Below are positions 27,560 to 40,652 of a stretch of 64,000 nucleotides of DNA, in pieces. A program made the translations under genes and the position numbers. The stretch's first letter is position 1; each line of letters opens with the position of its first letter. The notes under the pieces were generated by a model. It did no database searches, was not told the DNA's origin, and worked only from the letters and a program-made list of their open reading frames with translations. Source of the DNA: Octopus bimaculoides. Taxonomy: Eukaryota. Where the stretch lies: positions 90,421,980-90,485,979 of the forward strand of contig NC_068988.1 in the NCBI RefSeq assembly GCF_001194135.2. Direction: 5' to 3'.

Positions 27560-28440
27560 ACAGGTTATGTTGGAGCTCTTTTGCCTTGCATTCGTAGCAG
27601 GTTTGCTACCTGCAGCCTACCATGCTATCTGTTTTCAGCTATCTAATACTTCCCTGATTATTCTAGCCGTGCCAGTTCTACTGGGCACTCTATTCCAATT
27701 TACTTTATATTCTCCTTGATGCCTTCTGGTACAGTTCCCAAGGACCCAACATAATTTACGCTATCTTTACCTTCATTTTCCATAGCCGGGCTATTTCGTA
27801 CTTAAGAGGGTTGTATTTATCTGTCTTTTCGCATTCCTTCTTGACTATTCGTTGGTCAAAGGGGCCATGCAGCATCAACTATATAGCATATGAAGTGCAT
27901 CTTATCCACCACCAATGGGTCTAATCTGTTATGTTCTAAAATCCCAGAAGATTTTGCTAGTCTCTGACTCTATCCCTCTCTGCAGTTTGTGCTCATACCA
28001 CGTCTTGTGTTGTCAATTCTGCACTTCACATAGTTAGTGCTTAACGCTTGTTTTTGTGTCGCAGATATAAACGCTTCTGTCTCTATCTTCAGGTCACTCT
28101 TCTGCATCCATAACCACCGGTCTTCTGTATCTGCCTTGGCGCTTGTATCCCTTGCAAACTGACAGTACATTTTTTTCCTTCTATGCTTTTTTTTTTTCCT
28201 GAGTTCTTTTCCTCTTTAAGTTTTTTTCTTTCTTTGAACAGTTATCCATTTTGATTATACCGGATATCTGCAGATATTTCAGCAATGGTCCCAAGACATT
28301 TTTCACATACCACCATAAGCCGTTTTCTTCTGCTTCTACACAATCCTGGCAACTAATAAAACCTCTTCCACCCTTTCCTCTGCACAAGTACACCCTATCG
28401 GTCTCATTCTTCGGATGGCATGCTCCCGTGCACTGTCAAT
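27560..28440 (-). mobile_element. R4/Dong-like RLE LINE 3' end, same family as 11492-12440
   Basis: LKIETEAFISATQKQALSTNYVK..KYNPLKYEIARLWKMKV..GTARIIREVLDS*; nucleotide similarity to 11560-11900; TAA-type arrays on both sides. Confidence 0.88.
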
Positions 28441-28452
28441 ATATGATAGCTA

Positions 28453-28477
28453 CGTAGTAATAATAATGATGATGATA

Positions 28478-28556
<79 letters not shown>

Positions 28557-28593
28557 TCATTATTATTATTATCATTATTATTATTATTATTAA

Positions 28594-28665
<72 letters not shown>
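28453..28665. repeat. (TTA)n array
   Basis: Read directly. Confidence 0.95.
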
Positions 28666-29181
28666 CTGTAATACGAAGACAAAAACACAAACAATACAAT
28701 CCTATGTTGAATATGTGCAGAGTCTGAAGTACCAATTTTTATGCCGGATAAATAAATAGCGTTCAACATACCGGGACGAGGTTTCGTCCGATCCACCACC
28801 AAGGTCAACTATATGTAGATGAAATTCGAATGACTATACTCAATGCATATGCGTGTACGTGTGCATGTGTGTATGCGTGTGTGTGCGCGTGTGCGTGAGT
28901 ATGTATGCGCGCACGCGTACATGAGGAGAGGTAGATTATTGCACTGAGAGAGGAGACAGAGACTAGATGAGAACATAATAATGTTAAAGTAGTTTATCAA
29001 ATATTAATAAAATGATGAAGTAAAAACGCATAAAATTACACCAAGTATTGATGAGATTAACAATACATAGTGTGCAGTTGTGATATATGCGTGCATGTGT
29101 GCGTGTGTGCGCGCATCTGTGAATATATGTGTACATCTGTATGTGTGTTCGTGTCGGCGTGTGTACATATGTATGCATGAA

Positions 29182-29261
<80 letters not shown>

Positions 29262-29387
29262 TATACACGTATACCAAGATATATATACATATATACATAA
29301 ATATATACATATATATGTATGTATATATATATATATATATATACATATACATACATATATATATACAGAGGTATATATATATATATT

Positions 29388-29420
<33 letters not shown>

Positions 29421-30041
29421 ACATGTAGATGAAGGTATGTACATACATGTACATATATATGCATATACTCATATATTGTTTATATATATATATGCAGCTA
29501 TAAATATACACATATATACATATATACATATATTCATACATACATCCGTGTGTGCGTGTGTGTGTGTGTGTGTGTGCGTGTGCATGTGTGCGTGCGTCTG
29601 AGTTTGCGTGAGCGCGCGTGTGTCTGCGTGCGTGTGTGCGCGCGCGCGTGTGTGTGTGTATTGATCTGGAAAGTCTGATCAATATGAATTTCTATAAAAT
29701 ATTAGTTTATATTTTAATTATATTTACGCTTCCGTTCCACCAATTCTTATCTTCTTTACTGCTGTTTCTTAGAAATGGTCTACAGCAGACCTAAGTACAT
29801 ACAGTTCTAGTCCGGAATGAGAATTAAGTAGAAAGCTATCTATCTCATAGATTTGTTCCTCCGTGTATATTTACATTAATCTCCTGTCAAAATTAATTCC
29901 TTGCAAACATCACATCAGGTTTACCGAAAACTGTTTTATCCTACAGGATTTGAAAATCATGTTGGATAGATGTTTTCGATTTTGTTCTCTAGAATGTTCG
30001 ATAGACATACATATACACACACATACATACATATACACACT

Positions 30042-30080
<39 letters not shown>

Positions 30081-30644
30081 CAGCTGTAGTTGTTGATTTA
30101 GATTTATAGTAATTGTTATTGTTGTTGTGGTGGTGATAGTGATGGAGGTGGCGGATGGGAGAGAGATTAATGGTGGTGGTGGTGGTGGTGGTGGTGTGTT
30201 TAGTGTGGGGTTGCTGATGGCGGCGATTGTGGTCATATCGGGGTCGGGGTAATGGGAAAAGTTGTCGTTTGACCACTGTCGAATTCCTGAACGTGCACAC
30301 TTACGATCAGGTACATTCCATGCGTGACCATCTCGTCTTTTTTCATGTGTACAAGGAACCACGGATCAACTTATCTTTTCTAGACTGATGTGATTTAAGG
30401 CAGATTTCGTTGATATTTTCGTAAGTCAAACAGACAGATAAAGAGAGTAAATACCTGGTTGTTTCGGGTAGGTTGTTCCTACTGCTATTGTTGTTGTTGA
30501 TATTACAGTTGTTTACTTTGATTGAACAGGCAAATGATCAAAGACATTCCATCCATGATCATACCGTCATATTTTATGTAATAAATTAGATAGTTTCAAT
30601 GTATCACACGTGATATACCACCATTGATTTAGCCTCAAAATGAC

Positions 30645-30810
30645 GCTATTTCGCTGGCTACGTGACCAGGCCAGCATTCCCGACTGATTGAAAGCAATGT
30701 GAAATTAAGTGTTTTGCTCAATAACTCAGCGCGCCGCCCAATCAGGGTATCGAACCCACAATCTCGCGATCGTGAATGCAACAGCCTAACCACTAGGCAA
30801 CGCGCTTTCA
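30645..30810 (-). mobile_element. tRNA-derived SINE head
   Basis: Minus strand GCGTTGCCTAGTGGTTAGG...GGGTTCGATACCC...TTGAGCAAAACACTTAA. Confidence 0.75.
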
Positions 30811-31455
30811 TTTATTTCAATTTCTACTTTCTTTAAAACGGTAAGATGTAATTTGAGTACTATTTGGCTGTTATTATGATGATATAGTATAATATAAAAG
30901 AGATCTGGATGCTGGTGTGATGATAGGATTCATTTCGGAGAGATTTGGTTTCACTTATGATGACAGGGATTATTCTTAAAGACATCGGTCTCATATTGTG
31001 ATGGTAGGGTGATTCGATAGACATTTAGCAGTAATCATAATTGTACAATGTAATATGAAATAGATTTAGCTGTTATTGTGATAGTATGTGTAAAAGGTGA
31101 TTTTAAGGTGTTTTGAGCGAGATTTGGTGACTATTATAATGTTAGAATGGATTTCAACTGCTAATAAATGAGATCGAGCCGTTTTTTATATGATTTCTTT
31201 TGTATGGAATATTTCAAATTGAGTGCACTTTCTAACGTTTCCAATTCCGATAAAACATGAATGTTCCTTATGTACGCATACGACTGGCTTCAAATAGCAG
31301 CCATGAATTTCTATCTAGTGTCACGCTCTGCCATGTGAAGTAATATATATGTTTTGAAGAAAAAGCAAAATGGCTGAAAATCTCCTGATCTGAGTCTGAA
31401 ATATATTACCAGTAGAATCATTACCACCTATATCAGAACCGCTAACAGTATTGTT

Positions 31456-31880
31456 TTCTATTCTAGGCACAAGGCCCGGAATTTTTCGGGAGGAGGCCAG
31501 TCGATTAGATCGACCCAGTATGCAACTGTTACTTAATTTATCGACCCAACGGGAGGAAAGGCAAAGTCGACCTCGGTGGAATTTGAACTCAGAACGTAAA
31601 GACAAACGAAATACCTCTAAGCATTTCGCCCGGCGTGCTAACGTTTCTTATTTCTTTACTGCCCACAAGGGGCTACACACAGAGGAGACAAACAAGGACA
31701 GACAAACGGATTAAGTCGATTATATCGACTCATGTGGGTAACTGGTACTTATTTAATCGACCCCGAAAGGATGAAAAGGAAATCGATCTCGGCGGAATTT
31801 GAACTCAGAACGTAGCCGCAGACGCAATACCGCTAAGCATTTCGCCCGGCGTGCTAACGTTTCTGCCAGCTCACCGCCTT
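31456..31880 (-). mobile_element. Dimeric SINE family B flanked by a 20-bp TSD
   Basis: Two head-to-tail monomers with different tails; flanks GAACCGCTAACAGTATTGTT (31436-31455) and GAACCGCTAACAATATTATT (31881-31900). Confidence 0.85.
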
Positions 31881-32329
31881 GAACCGCTAACAATATTATT
31901 GCCACCACTAGTATTATAACTATCATATATATCTCAACGTTACCATAAGTAACTTCCTCACCGCCACCATCACTACCACCGCCACCACTACTGTTGCCAT
32001 CACTACTAATATCACTATTTTCATCATCTTCGTCGTCGTCATCATCATCATCATCATCATCGTCATCATCATAATCATCATCATCATCATCAGTATCAAC
32101 GTTACTACAATGACTATTCTCATTAACACTACACTATCATTAATGCGTCTACCTTCATCATCACCATTGCCAGAACAGCCACCGACATCATATTTCCTAT
32201 GCGCCCTGTAACCTTCCAATGAATTAACACATGTACTATTCACAACGGCCATCATACAAACGTATCACAATAAATATTCTGTGCAATCATTACTGAATAT
32301 AACAGCACAACATAACTGATATACGACAC

Positions 32330-33300
32330 TATGCCACCAAAACTCCACACAACTCACCCTCTACATAATGGCCGCCAGTTTATATGACATGGCCAGCTCA
32401 ACATATACTCAACGCAAGCTAAAACGCCACACCAATCGCTCAGTATACAATAAATAAACGAGATGACACATCTCACTTTGCACAACAGAGGAAACACTAA
32501 AACAACTTCAGAAACAGCAAAACAAATTCCACTTTAGATTAGCAAGTGTATGGCTATTCATAATTAACAATAATGAGTTTTCAAGAAGAGAAATTTACAG
32601 CAAGAGCACACACTTAAAATTTAAATACAATGAAACAATTAATATTTAAAATTATGCATAAAGGTGTACAGAATATACATACATCTAATATTTCCTTTTT
32701 TCCTACACATTATAAAGTTCTTTAAAAAATTTTCTGAATATAGCGACGGAACGAGAAGACCTTAAAAAGACATTTCTGAATATAGCGAAGGAATGGGAAG
32801 ATCTTAAAACAATTCTGATTATAGCGAAGGCACGAGAAGACCTATCTTTACTAAGTAAAATGTTAATGAAGTAAATATCATTGTCAAAAAAGAGGCTAAT
32901 TAGCAATATAGCATAAATTTATAAAACAATTGAAGGAATACCAGGAGCAAAAGAAAGGTTTAAGGAAATCGTATCAGTAAAAGGCTAGAAAATTAGAGGC
33001 TTCGAAAAATCAGAAGGTATTTGATAAAAAAAGAAAACCACTGTAAGAAACGAAGATTCACTAATATTAACGGAAATTCAAATCTTTTAGAAAGGAAAGA
33101 TATTCAGCGCAATTAAAACTGTTAATGGAAATACAATAATGCTGCAATCATTACTTACTGTAGACAGTAAGAAACTCACCAACATTTTCAGAACTGCAGC
33201 AGAAAAATTTAAGGTTTGAACATCTAACCATCACTCATGAATCTGCAGCAGAGAATATTGTATGAAATGGTATCCAGATCAAAGTCAGTATCAAAATGGC
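32330..33300 (+). pseudogene. Possible decayed retroelement ORF1-like region with in-frame tandem repeats
   Basis: Purine-rich coding-like strand with multiple stops; 42/39/33-nt repeat units at 32731-32845. No motif securely recognised. Confidence 0.25.
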
Positions 33301-33819
33301 TGCTGAAAACGTATGTGTATAGGGCATGCAGTGGTGGCTTCAATCCTACTGTTGGTGATGGTGTTGGTGGTGAAAGTGATGGGGCTACTGTTAGGAATGG
33401 TGGCGGTAATGGTCATGGTGATGTAGATAGTGGTAATGGTGGTAGTGATATTTGAGGTGATGGTAATGGCTGTGGTGGTTGTGATAATGTTCATGGAATA
33501 GTTGTATTGACGGTGGTAATGAGAAAGATGTTTATGATGATGGTTAACAACATTGAAAGCCCAGGGGATTTATTACATTACAAGCCTATAACTTAATTGC
33601 CAACAACCTAAAAAGCCTTTACCTTTATACTCTACAACAAGATGAGTGTTCAATTGCCGAGTAATATCTTGCTCGATGTGTTGAAAGAGCGCCGCAAAGG
33701 AAAGTATTGTTGTAAAATGTAGCTACGAGTGAACTGATTACTATTATAATATACAACAGAGAAAAACAAAGCTTAGCATGGCATGGAGTGATTAGTGCTT
33801 TTCTAATAGGTATCTGTCT

Positions 33820-34243
33820 AAGGCGGCGAGCTGGCAGAATCGTTAGCATGCCGGGCGAAATACTTGGCAGTATTTCGCCTGCCGTTACGTTCTGAGTTCA
33901 AATTCCGCCGAGGTCGAATTTGCCTTTCATCCTTTTTGGGGTACGATAAATTAAGTACCAGTTACGCACTGGGGTCGATGTAGTTGATTTAATCACTTTG
34001 CTTGTCCCCTCTATGTTTAGCCTCTTGTGGGCAATAAAGAAATTAGAAATGTAAGCACGATGGGCGAAATGCTAAGCGGTACTTCGTCTGTCTTTTCGTT
34101 CTGACTTCAAATTCCGCCGATGTTGTCTTTGCCTTTCATCCTTACGTGGTCGATAAATTAAGTACCAGTTGCGTACTAGAGTCGATCTAATTGACTGGCC
34201 CCTTCCACAAAAATGTCGGGTCTTGTGCCAAGAGTAGAAAAGA
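33820..34243 (+). mobile_element. Dimeric SINE family B, second copy
   Basis: Same monomer order and junction (AAAGAAAT-AGAAA.GT.AGCACG) as 31456-31880. Confidence 0.85.
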
Positions 34244-34354
34244 CTATGTTGATATATTTACGCGCGTGTGTGTGTGTGTGTGTGTGTATTTGCTTCTTGA
34301 TTCTAAGTTTGTAACAGTATGTGTATGCATGTATATACTGTTGTACTTGTATTT

Positions 34355-34532
34355 CAAAGGGCCAGCCTTGTCACACTGTGTCACGCTGAATATCCCCGAG
34401 AACTACGTTAAGGGAACACGTGTCTGTGGAGTGCTCAGCCACTTACACGTTAATTTCACGAGCAGGCTGTTCCGTTGATCGGATCAACTGGAACCCTCGA
34501 CGTCGTAAGCGACGGAGTGCCAACAACAACAG
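34355..34532 (+). mobile_element. SINE family C, 5'-truncated
   Basis: Near-identical to 45405-45587; ends GGAGTGCC(AAC)n. Confidence 0.85.
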
Positions 34533-34669
34533 GCACGTATATTATGTTATACTATTGGCGTCATAAGAATTTTGTAAAACTTCCGAGAAAATGTGAAATA
34601 ATTATTTGTAGGGTGGGGTGAATATCTTGAACCACAAACAAAGTTATAGATAACAGGATTTAGATTTTG

Positions 34670-34791
34670 CATAGAAAAGCCCTTTTGGAGAGAAAAAGTT
34701 TAAGGCTGCTCCTTTCTAAAGGGGATGTGAGTTCGTACCCCCACGTGCAGCCTTCAACTTTTTCACTCCAAAAGGTGTTTTCAACCCAATA
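34670..34791. mobile_element. Palindromic MITE-like element
   Basis: 29-bp arms 34681-34709 and 34747-34775 with 27/29 complementarity; right end CAACCCAATA resembles a mariner-type TIR end plus TA. Confidence 0.5.
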
Positions 34792-35399
34792 TTTACATGC
34801 TATTATTTTTAGCTTTACGTGTGTGCTTCGAGATATTCCAAAAGTGAATTATTATATTTATATTATATTGTGTGTGTGTGCACTTGTGTATGTGTGCGTG
34901 TGTGTTATGCCTGTGTGCGTATGTATATGAGTGTGTGAGTGTGTGTGTGTGTGTGTGTGAGGTTCAAAAATAAAAACGAACACGAATACAGGGTAAAAAG
35001 TGACAGAATCTATTAGATGTATGCTCAGGAAAACTAGAAGTCTTTTAACCATCAAGCATACGCTCTTCTACAGAAAAATAGATGAGGGAGGAAAAAGATA
35101 GAGAGAGGAAAGAACAAACGTGTCTCGATGTGTTACATAACCCCAAGACAACCATAATCGGCTAAGCCTAAAATATGTAGGATTCTGGTCATGACCACCA
35201 TCTCCTACTTTTTTAGATATAGCGTATATAAAACTACATTATCCAACACATCTGTCCATGATTAAAATGGGACAAAGTGTGATGTGAGAGAGAATCGATT
35301 AATATTGCTTGCAAGTGGAGTAAACTCGTAGATGCTACGTATTGTATCGTGCAAATTCCATCTGTGTATTTCACTGTAAATTATGTTCTCTCATAGAAG

Positions 35400-35790
35400 A
35401 CTCTTTCACTTGTTTCAGTCGTTTGACTGCGGCCACACTGGAGCACTGCCTTAAAGGGTTTTAATCAAAGAAATCGACGCCAGGACTTATTCTTTGTAAG
35501 CCTAGTACTTATTTTATCGGTCTCTTTTGCCGAACCGTTAAGTTACGGAGACATAAACATCCACGATCTGTTGTCAAGTGAAGGTGGGAAGACAAACACA
35601 CACACACTCAAATATATATCGACGGATTCTTTCAGTTTCCGCCTACCAGATCTCACCAGATCTCACAAAGCTCTGGTCGACCCGGGACTATAGTAGAAGA
35701 TACCTGGCCAAAGTGCCACGCAGTGGAACCGGGCCCGGAACCATGTAGTTGGAAAGCAAGCTTCATACCACAGCGCATGCCTGCACCTAT
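35400..35790 (-). mobile_element. SINE family A, near full length
   Basis: Both halves and a short linker present on the minus strand. Confidence 0.85.
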
Positions 35791-36354
35791 GCTTAAGTCC
35801 TGCAACTGTTTAACTATTTTTATTTCACTGAATATGTAGAATATTTGCAAGGGATAAAGATCGCTAAATGAGCACCGAAAGGGTAAAATAACCAACCTCG
35901 ATTCTATTTTCTGTTTATAAATGGAAATTTTACATACGTTAGGTTTTAAGTCTGCAACGATCCTACATGCACATTAGGCCGGAGTTTTAATACGTTTCTA
36001 TAGCATCCAAGCAACTGTGAATACAATACTTCCTGCTGAACGGGAGACCTTTTCGTTGTAGAGTCAAAGCCTAGCCTGTTTTTGTTATGCTCTCCATAGA
36101 ATGAACTAGAATAAAGTGAAATTGTTTTGTTCAATATCACATACCGCTGTCTGATCTAAAGATCGGAACCAAGACTGTTTAATCCTGATTCCAAAGCCCT
36201 AATCACTAGGCTTTCAACTATGTATCACTTATATAATTGTATATAAGTGCCTTCAAGTGTGTATCAATTAAACTGCAAATGAAATTTAGAAACAACTCCA
36301 TATGTTCAATATGTCACTTGATAAATTCTGCGTAATGTCATAACAGAGAAGGTT

Positions 36355-36421
36355 ATGCTTAACTGATGAGGTCCGGATAAAACCGAAATATAACTGGAAT
36401 GTTATCCTAACACGTTAGCAT
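36355..36421 (+). ncRNA. Candidate extended type I hammerhead ribozyme
   Basis: CUGAUGA-GGU(CCGGAUAAA)ACC-GAAA; stem III AUA/UAU; AUC cleavage triplet at 36404-36406; stem I UUA/UAA plus distal AUGC/GCAU; one A-C mismatch at the 2.1/1.1 pair. Confidence 0.5.
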
Positions 36422-36744
36422 CTTAATGCTCCATACTTTAAATAAGTTATCACCAACTAATCTGTATTTATTATACATATAACTTTGTGTCCATATGAAT
36501 TTCATATATTTTCAAAAGAGTGTGGTTGGGGAATTTGATCAGCACCGGTTTTACATTTTCTGTGAGTTGCTTCCCCACAGATAAGTGTAAAACAAGTTAA
36601 TATATTGCCATATTAATCTGATAAGCTGGCAGGAAATGTGAACGGCTCAGCAGTAAATCGGTTAACAGATGCCTAAACAATACTAATACATAGATATACG
36701 CGTGAGTATCTTGTCTCTCTTTCTTCTTCTATCTCTCTCAACCA

Positions 36745-36794
<50 letters not shown>

Positions 36795-36890
36795 ATCTCT
36801 ATCTCTCTCTCAATATATTTATATATGCGTATCCGTGTGCATGTGTGTGTATGCATGTACATACACAAATATATATAGATAGATAAACAA

Positions 36891-36942
<52 letters not shown>

Positions 36943-37946
36943 GTAGATATAATNNNNNNNNNNGATAGATAGATAGATAGATATAATCGATATATATATA
37001 TATATATATACATAGACATACATACATGCATGTGTGCCTATAATACACTCATACACACACACACAGTTATATACATATATGTGTGTGTGTGTGTGTGTTT
37101 GTATGTGTATAAACACATTTGTGTGTGAGCGTGTATATATGCATGTGTGTGCGTGTGCGTATGTTTGTGTGTGTGTGCTTACGCGTGTTTACTCGTGTTT
37201 CTGTATGAATATACCTATCAACTATACCTTTTGTCGATACAAAGATCTTACACAGTAAGATCAATAAAAATACGAGTGAATCCGTTCATCCTCAATGGCC
37301 GTGATACGAAGATAAAATCTTGCTTTCACATCCACTGAAGATCTAAAATTCCGCAAGGATTAACAGCAATCCAGATACTGGTGTCAAAGTTAATCGATTT
37401 ACCGATATAATTTCTTGGATATTACTACTCATAGATACAAAATTACCTGCTACTCCGAATATGTACTCTCCATATATATATATATATATATATATTTTGT
37501 TGTATTTAGGGATGGTCATTTCTCATCTTTTTTTTACCTAATAAACACACGCACAATATTTGTTCTTCACTCATTTATTACTGTTCTTATTTCTTTATTC
37601 TAACTCATGTCCATTGTCCGGAAATCTTTCGTCACACATCTGTGGCCGCTTCAGCGACACTTTTCGTTTTCGTGTGTGCTCTTGCTCCACTTACTCCATT
37701 TTCTTCTTCTAATATGTGTATCCTGATGTGCACATCTTTTTCCGTCCGTGTTCGAGTGTGTGTGCATGTGTGTGTATGTGTGTGTGCGTATGTTTGTGTA
37801 TGTGTCATTGTTCTTTGCAGCAGTATGCCTTTCCCCACAGCTACATCCACTCACCCCATTGTGCTGCTGCTGCCCTAAGACCCGAAAATTTGGTACAGTT
37901 CCTGTACATCTCTGCGTTTGTGTTCGCCCACGGCGTTTCCATCATG

Positions 37947-38011
<65 letters not shown>

Positions 38012-38462
38012 TTTTGTTGTTGTTGTTGTTATTGCCATCATAGTCACCACTACTGCTGCTGTCGTTGTTATTCGTGTTCTTGGTGTTGCTGTGGCCGTCC
38101 GTGAAATTTCTTGTGTGTGTGTTTGTGTGTATGTATGGGTTCGCTTCGTATGTTGTTTGTATCCATGCCCTTTATATAGATTTATTTATTTATTTATGTT
38201 ATCATTCTATATTTCTTATATTTATCGCAGGTATGTGACAAATATATCTATTTATTTATCTATTTATATATTTATTTAATTATTTATATATTTATTTAAT
38301 TATTTATCTATCCCTATTTCTTATATGTATCACAGGTAAGTGCATATATGTCTATAGTGTATGTATTACCCTGTATGTATCTGTGTATTTACGATTTATT
38401 TGTTTTCCTCTCGCTTCTCTTTCCCTCTCTCTTTAGTCATGTGGTGTGGTGTGGTGTTGTGT

Positions 38463-38830
38463 GTTAATGTTCCATTCGTGTTTTCAATTGAAGCTCGGTC
38501 TGTCTACTGCTATGTGTTTAGCCTCAGTGAGCTGTCTAAGTGCCGTGTCAATTCAATGCGTCGGTAATACTTTAACCTCTATGCAATTAATCGAGCCTTC
38601 ACGATCTACCTGAGCATGTTGGTAGAACACTGACGAGCTTTTCTCATCTTTGAGCTCTCGCCAATGTGCATCTATACGCTCTCCTATGCTACGTGAAGTC
38701 TCTCAATGTAGGTAGTCGTCGTGTTTCTTTACCGTCCCTCAGTAAATCGCAAGCAATATACTACATTCCTAACTTTACAGTTAACCCGTGGGTCCATCTT
38801 ACATGCAACACAATTGTACTCTGTACAAGA
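38463..38830 (-). mobile_element. Penelope-like GIY-YIG endonuclease fragment, pseudogenised
   Basis: Manual translation across 3 stops and 1 frameshift: CTEYNCVAC..NCKVRNVVYCL..YI(G)ETSRSIGERIDAHW..VFYQH..EVKVL..DTALRQLTEAKHI..PSFN*KHEW. Confidence 0.8.
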
Positions 38831-38886
38831 GGATTTATATATATATAGAAGAGAGAAAGAGAGAGAAAGAGAGAGAAAGAGAGAGA

Positions 38887-38967
<81 letters not shown>

Positions 38968-39594
38968 CGTGCGAATGTTCCTTATGCATTCGAAAACTGA
39001 GTTATCGATTTTGACATATAGGGTGTGGAAAGATTTAGTAATCTTTCGGCTACCAAATAGACTTCATTTTCATTTACATATTTCCTACGTTATCTCAACA
39101 ACCATCTTTAGTTATTTGAAAGGTACAGCTCCACAACGACCAGGTTTCATTAGAAAGTGAAAATAGTGTCACATTTTCAATTTGAACCAAAATTACAGTT
39201 TGTATTACGAGAGTTACGATGTGTGAATAATGAAAGTAATTTTTTTCCCAATTAGCCACATCTGTACTATAATAAAGAAAGAAGATTATCATCTATCAAT
39301 ATACAATGTAGAAAGGCAACCAAATAAACTATGTTTTTGGCACAACAACTCATTTTTACTACTAAAATAACCTCGGAAACGAGGTCATGTCGCAAAATGG
39401 TGAGGTAATTTTCAAGCAATATTTTGATTGCTCTTAAAGTTTCACCTTCGCCTGATGTTTCACGCATGCGTAGAATACTACTCAGCCAAACATTTATGAA
39501 AGTGTACACAAATATTGTAATTAGATAAGCTACAACCAAAAAAATTTCATTAAAAGACATCAGTTTTTCAATATGTTATGAGGAAATACAGTCA

Positions 39595-39661
<67 letters not shown>

Positions 39662-40370
39662 GTACAAAAATGATGTATGCATATGTATTTATGTACGTGT
39701 ATATGAAAGATAATGTGTGTGAGAGAGAAAGTGAGTGCTACTTGCACATACGTGCAATAAAATACATACACTCCTTCACTCCCTTACTCTGTCTCTCTCT
39801 CTGTATANNNNNNNNNNNNNNNNNNNNNNNNNNNNNNNNNNNNNNNNNNNNNNNNNNNNNNNNNNNNNNNNNNNNNNNNNNNNNNNNNNNNNNNNNNNNN
39901 NNNNNNNNNNNNNNNNNNNNNNNNNNNNNNNNNNNNNNNNNNNNNNNNNNNNNNNNNNNNNNNNNNNNNNNNNNNNNNNNNNNNNNNNNNNNNNNNNNNN
40001 NNNNNNNNNNNNNNNNNNNNNNNNNNNNNNNNNNNNNNNNNNNNNNNNNNNNNNNNNNNNNNNNNNNNNNNNNNNNNNNNNNNNNNNNNNNNNNNNNNNN
40101 NNNNNNNNNNNNNNNNNNNNNNNNNNNNNNNNNNNNNNNNNNNNNNNNNNNNNNNNNNNNNNNNNNNNNNNNNNNNNNNNNNNNNNNNNNNNNNNNNNNN
40201 NNNNNNNNNNNNNNNNNNNNNNNNNNNNNNNNNNNNNNNNNNNNNNNNNNNNNNNNNNNNNNNNNNNNNNNNNNNNNNNNNNNNNNNNNNNNNNNNNNNN
40301 NNNNNNNNNNNNNNNNTATATATATATATATATATATGTATATGTTTATATTTATATATATATAAAAGTG

Positions 40371-40652
40371 AAGGCGCGTGGCTTAGTGGTTAGGGCATTC
40401 GGCTCACGGTCGTAAGATCATATGTTCAAATTCCCGACGACGCGTTGTGTCCTCGAGCAAGACACTTTACTTCACGTTGCTCCACTCCACTCGGCAAAAA
40501 TGAGTAGTACCTTTATTTCGAAAGGTCAGCCTTTCCACACTCTGTGTCACGCTGAATCTCCCCAAGCGACTTGCACGTTATTTTCGCGAGCAAGCCATTC
40601 TGTTGATCGTATCAGCTGGGACCCTCGTCGTCGCAACCGATGGAGTGCTCCT
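40371..40652 (+). mobile_element. SINE family C variant
   Basis: GCGTGGCTTAGTGGTTAGGG head, GTCCTCGAGCAAGACACTT, shared TGTGTCACGCTGAATCTCCC body. Confidence 0.8.

Noticed and set aside
28772-28790. GGACGAG-GTTT-CGTCC hairpin containing GAAAC on the minus strand
   Set aside because: No CUGANGA nearby.
32731-32845. CRISPR-like repeat array
   Set aside because: Units are directly adjacent with no unique spacers, and the context is eukaryotic.
38712-38741. Apparent 30-nt micro-exon GSRRVSLPSL
   Set aside because: It lies antisense within the GIY-YIG pseudogene, which explains the sequence better.
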